This document shows positions 62,464 through 64,000 of a stretch of 64,000 nt of DNA, in pieces. The DNA lies in assembly GCF_009834535.1 (NCBI RefSeq), contig NC_045707.1, forward strand, positions 63,924,001 through 63,988,000, written 5' to 3'. The notes beneath the pieces are model-generated. The model made no database searches and was not told the origin of the DNA. It saw only the letters and a list, made by a program, of their open reading frames with translations. Both the position numbers and the translations under genes were made by a program. Positions within the stretch are counted from its first letter, which is position 1, and each line of letters begins with the position of its first letter. This stretch comes from Camelus ferus. Lineage: Eukaryota.

Positions 62464-63361
62464 TTTTCTTTTCTTTTCCTTTTCTTTTTCACTTGTTTTT
62501 AAATTGAAGTATAGTTGATTCACATCATTGTGTTATTTTCTGGTGTACAGCGTGGTGATTCAGTTATACACATATATTCTTTTTCATTATAGGTTATTAT
62601 AAGATACTGAATATAGCTCCCTGTTCCATACAGTAGGACCTAGTTGGTTATCTATTCTGTATATAGTAATTTGTATCTGCTAATCCCAAACTCCTAGTTT
62701 ATCCATTCCCCTCCCCACTGCCCTTTGGTAACCCTAAGTTTGTTTTCTATGTCTGTGAATCTCTGTTTTGTAAATAAGTTCATGTGTGTCACTTTTTAGA
62801 TTCCACATAGAAGGGATAATCATATATTTGTCTTTTTCTGTTTGACTTACTTCACTTAGTATGATAATCTCTAGGTCCATTCATGTTGCTGCAAATGGCA
62901 TTATTTTATTCTTTTTTATGGCCGAGTAGTATTCCATTGTATACACATACCCCATCTTCTTTATCCAGTCATCTGTGGAAGGACATTTAGGTTGCTTCCA
63001 TGTCTTGGCTATTGTAAACAGTGCTGCTATGAACATTAGGGTTGATATGTATCTTTTTGAATGAGAGTTCCCTCCGGATATATGCTCAGGAGTGGAATTG
63101 CTGGATCATATAAGTCTATTTTTAGTTTTTTAAGGAATCTCCGTAATGTTTTCCATAGTGGCTGCACCAGTTTATATTCCCAGCAATAGTGTAGGAGGGT
63201 CCCCTTTTCTCCACACCTTCTCCAGCATTTGTCATTTGTGGACTTTTCAGTGATGGCCATTCTGACTGGTGTGAGGTGATAACTCATTGTTGTTTTGATT
63301 TACATTTCTCTGATAATTAGCAATATTGAGCATCTTTTCATGTGCCCATTGGCCATCTGCA
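62464..63361 (-). mobile_element. 5'-truncated L1 inserted in an L2 relic
   Basis: ORF 63036..63287 ([23 protein letters not shown]) is the ORF2 Cys-rich region; TSD caaatRtagcttttc at 62449-62463 and 63362-63376. Confidence 0.94.
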
Positions 63362-63376
63362 CAAATGTAGCTTTTC

Positions 63377-64000
63377 AAAACAGAATTAGATAATTCTCTG
63401 GCACAGCCTGAAACTGCCCAATGGATTCTTATTTGCTCTTAGATTAAATAAAAATGCCTCTGCATGACTGACAAGGCCCTGGGGGATCTGGCTCCACCTG
63501 ACCCTCCATCCTCATCTGGACTCACTGTTCCCTCAGTCACCCCACTCACTTGCCACTGTGCGGCTCCTCCTGGACCCCTAGATCCCAAGTGCTTTCCCTT
63601 CTCAGGTCTTCTACTGTGTGTTTATCTATGCCCAGGACACTCGTCTGCCCCTCACCCTCCCTTCCCAAGGCTGCTCCTCTTCATTCTTAAATACCACTTT
63701 TTCAGATAAGTCTTCCTGACCTTCTGGTCCAGAAGAGTTCCTTTCCCATCTTGCCTTGCTCTTCTTCCTGCCTCCCTCTTTCTTCCCTCCAGGACACACC
63801 CCCTGGCCTCCCCACACCCCCACCACCTCCCACCACCATTCTTTTCACTTAAGAAAAGTTTGTGGTCACATCTTTATTTACTTTCATGTCCTCCTTTCTT
63901 GAATACCATGAGGCCAGAGGGCTGCTAAATGACCAGCTTTTAGCACAGCGTCTGCCACGTGGTTGACAATCAATACATACTCTTGTTGAGTGACTGGCCA
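63377..64000 (+). mobile_element. L2 3' relic
   Basis: acaaggccctg..gatctggct motif; ends tcaatacatactcttgttgagtgact. Confidence 0.7.

Larger units (their letters stand above)
1..64000 (-). other. LGR5: LGR5 gene body, partial (intron 1 through intron 13; coding exons 2-13)
   Basis: Twelve collinear exons splice in frame (996 nt) to DLSMNNIS...TFQKLFSLRS, matching the LGR5 LRR ectodomain as recalled. No exon 1 and no 7TM exon in the window. Confidence 0.97.

Noticed and set aside
1..64000. CRISPR array, operon, defence island or other new multi-gene system
   Set aside because: The sequence is a mammalian intron-exon region. I saw no regularly spaced repeats and no second gene.

Overview
This is mammalian genomic DNA, almost certainly from a camelid (camel, alpaca or llama), judged from six copies of a tRNA-Ala-derived SINE that looks like the camelid Vic-1 family. 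The whole window lies inside one minus-strand gene, LGR5 (R-spondin receptor). I located coding exons 2-13 by hand: 996 nt, all flanked by AG/GT, all phase 2-2, encoding about residues 71-403 of the LRR ectodomain. Exon 1 lies beyond base 64000 and exons 14 onward lie before base 1. The rest is intron filled with SINEs, 5'-truncated L1s, L2/MIR relics, hAT/Tigger MER elements, an MLT1 LTR and microsatellites. Nearly all ORFs in the supplied track are spurious. I found no new multi-gene system. The best leads are a polyadenylated, TSD-flanked retrocopy of an MLT1 LTR transcript end, two L1s truncated at nearly the same point, apparent R221G and Y387C changes in LGR5, a ~200-bp palindrome, a local duplication whose CA core expanded, and inverted repeat pairs. 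Repeat family names and the human protein comparison are from recall, not from a database search. Repeat boundaries without a TSD are approximate.
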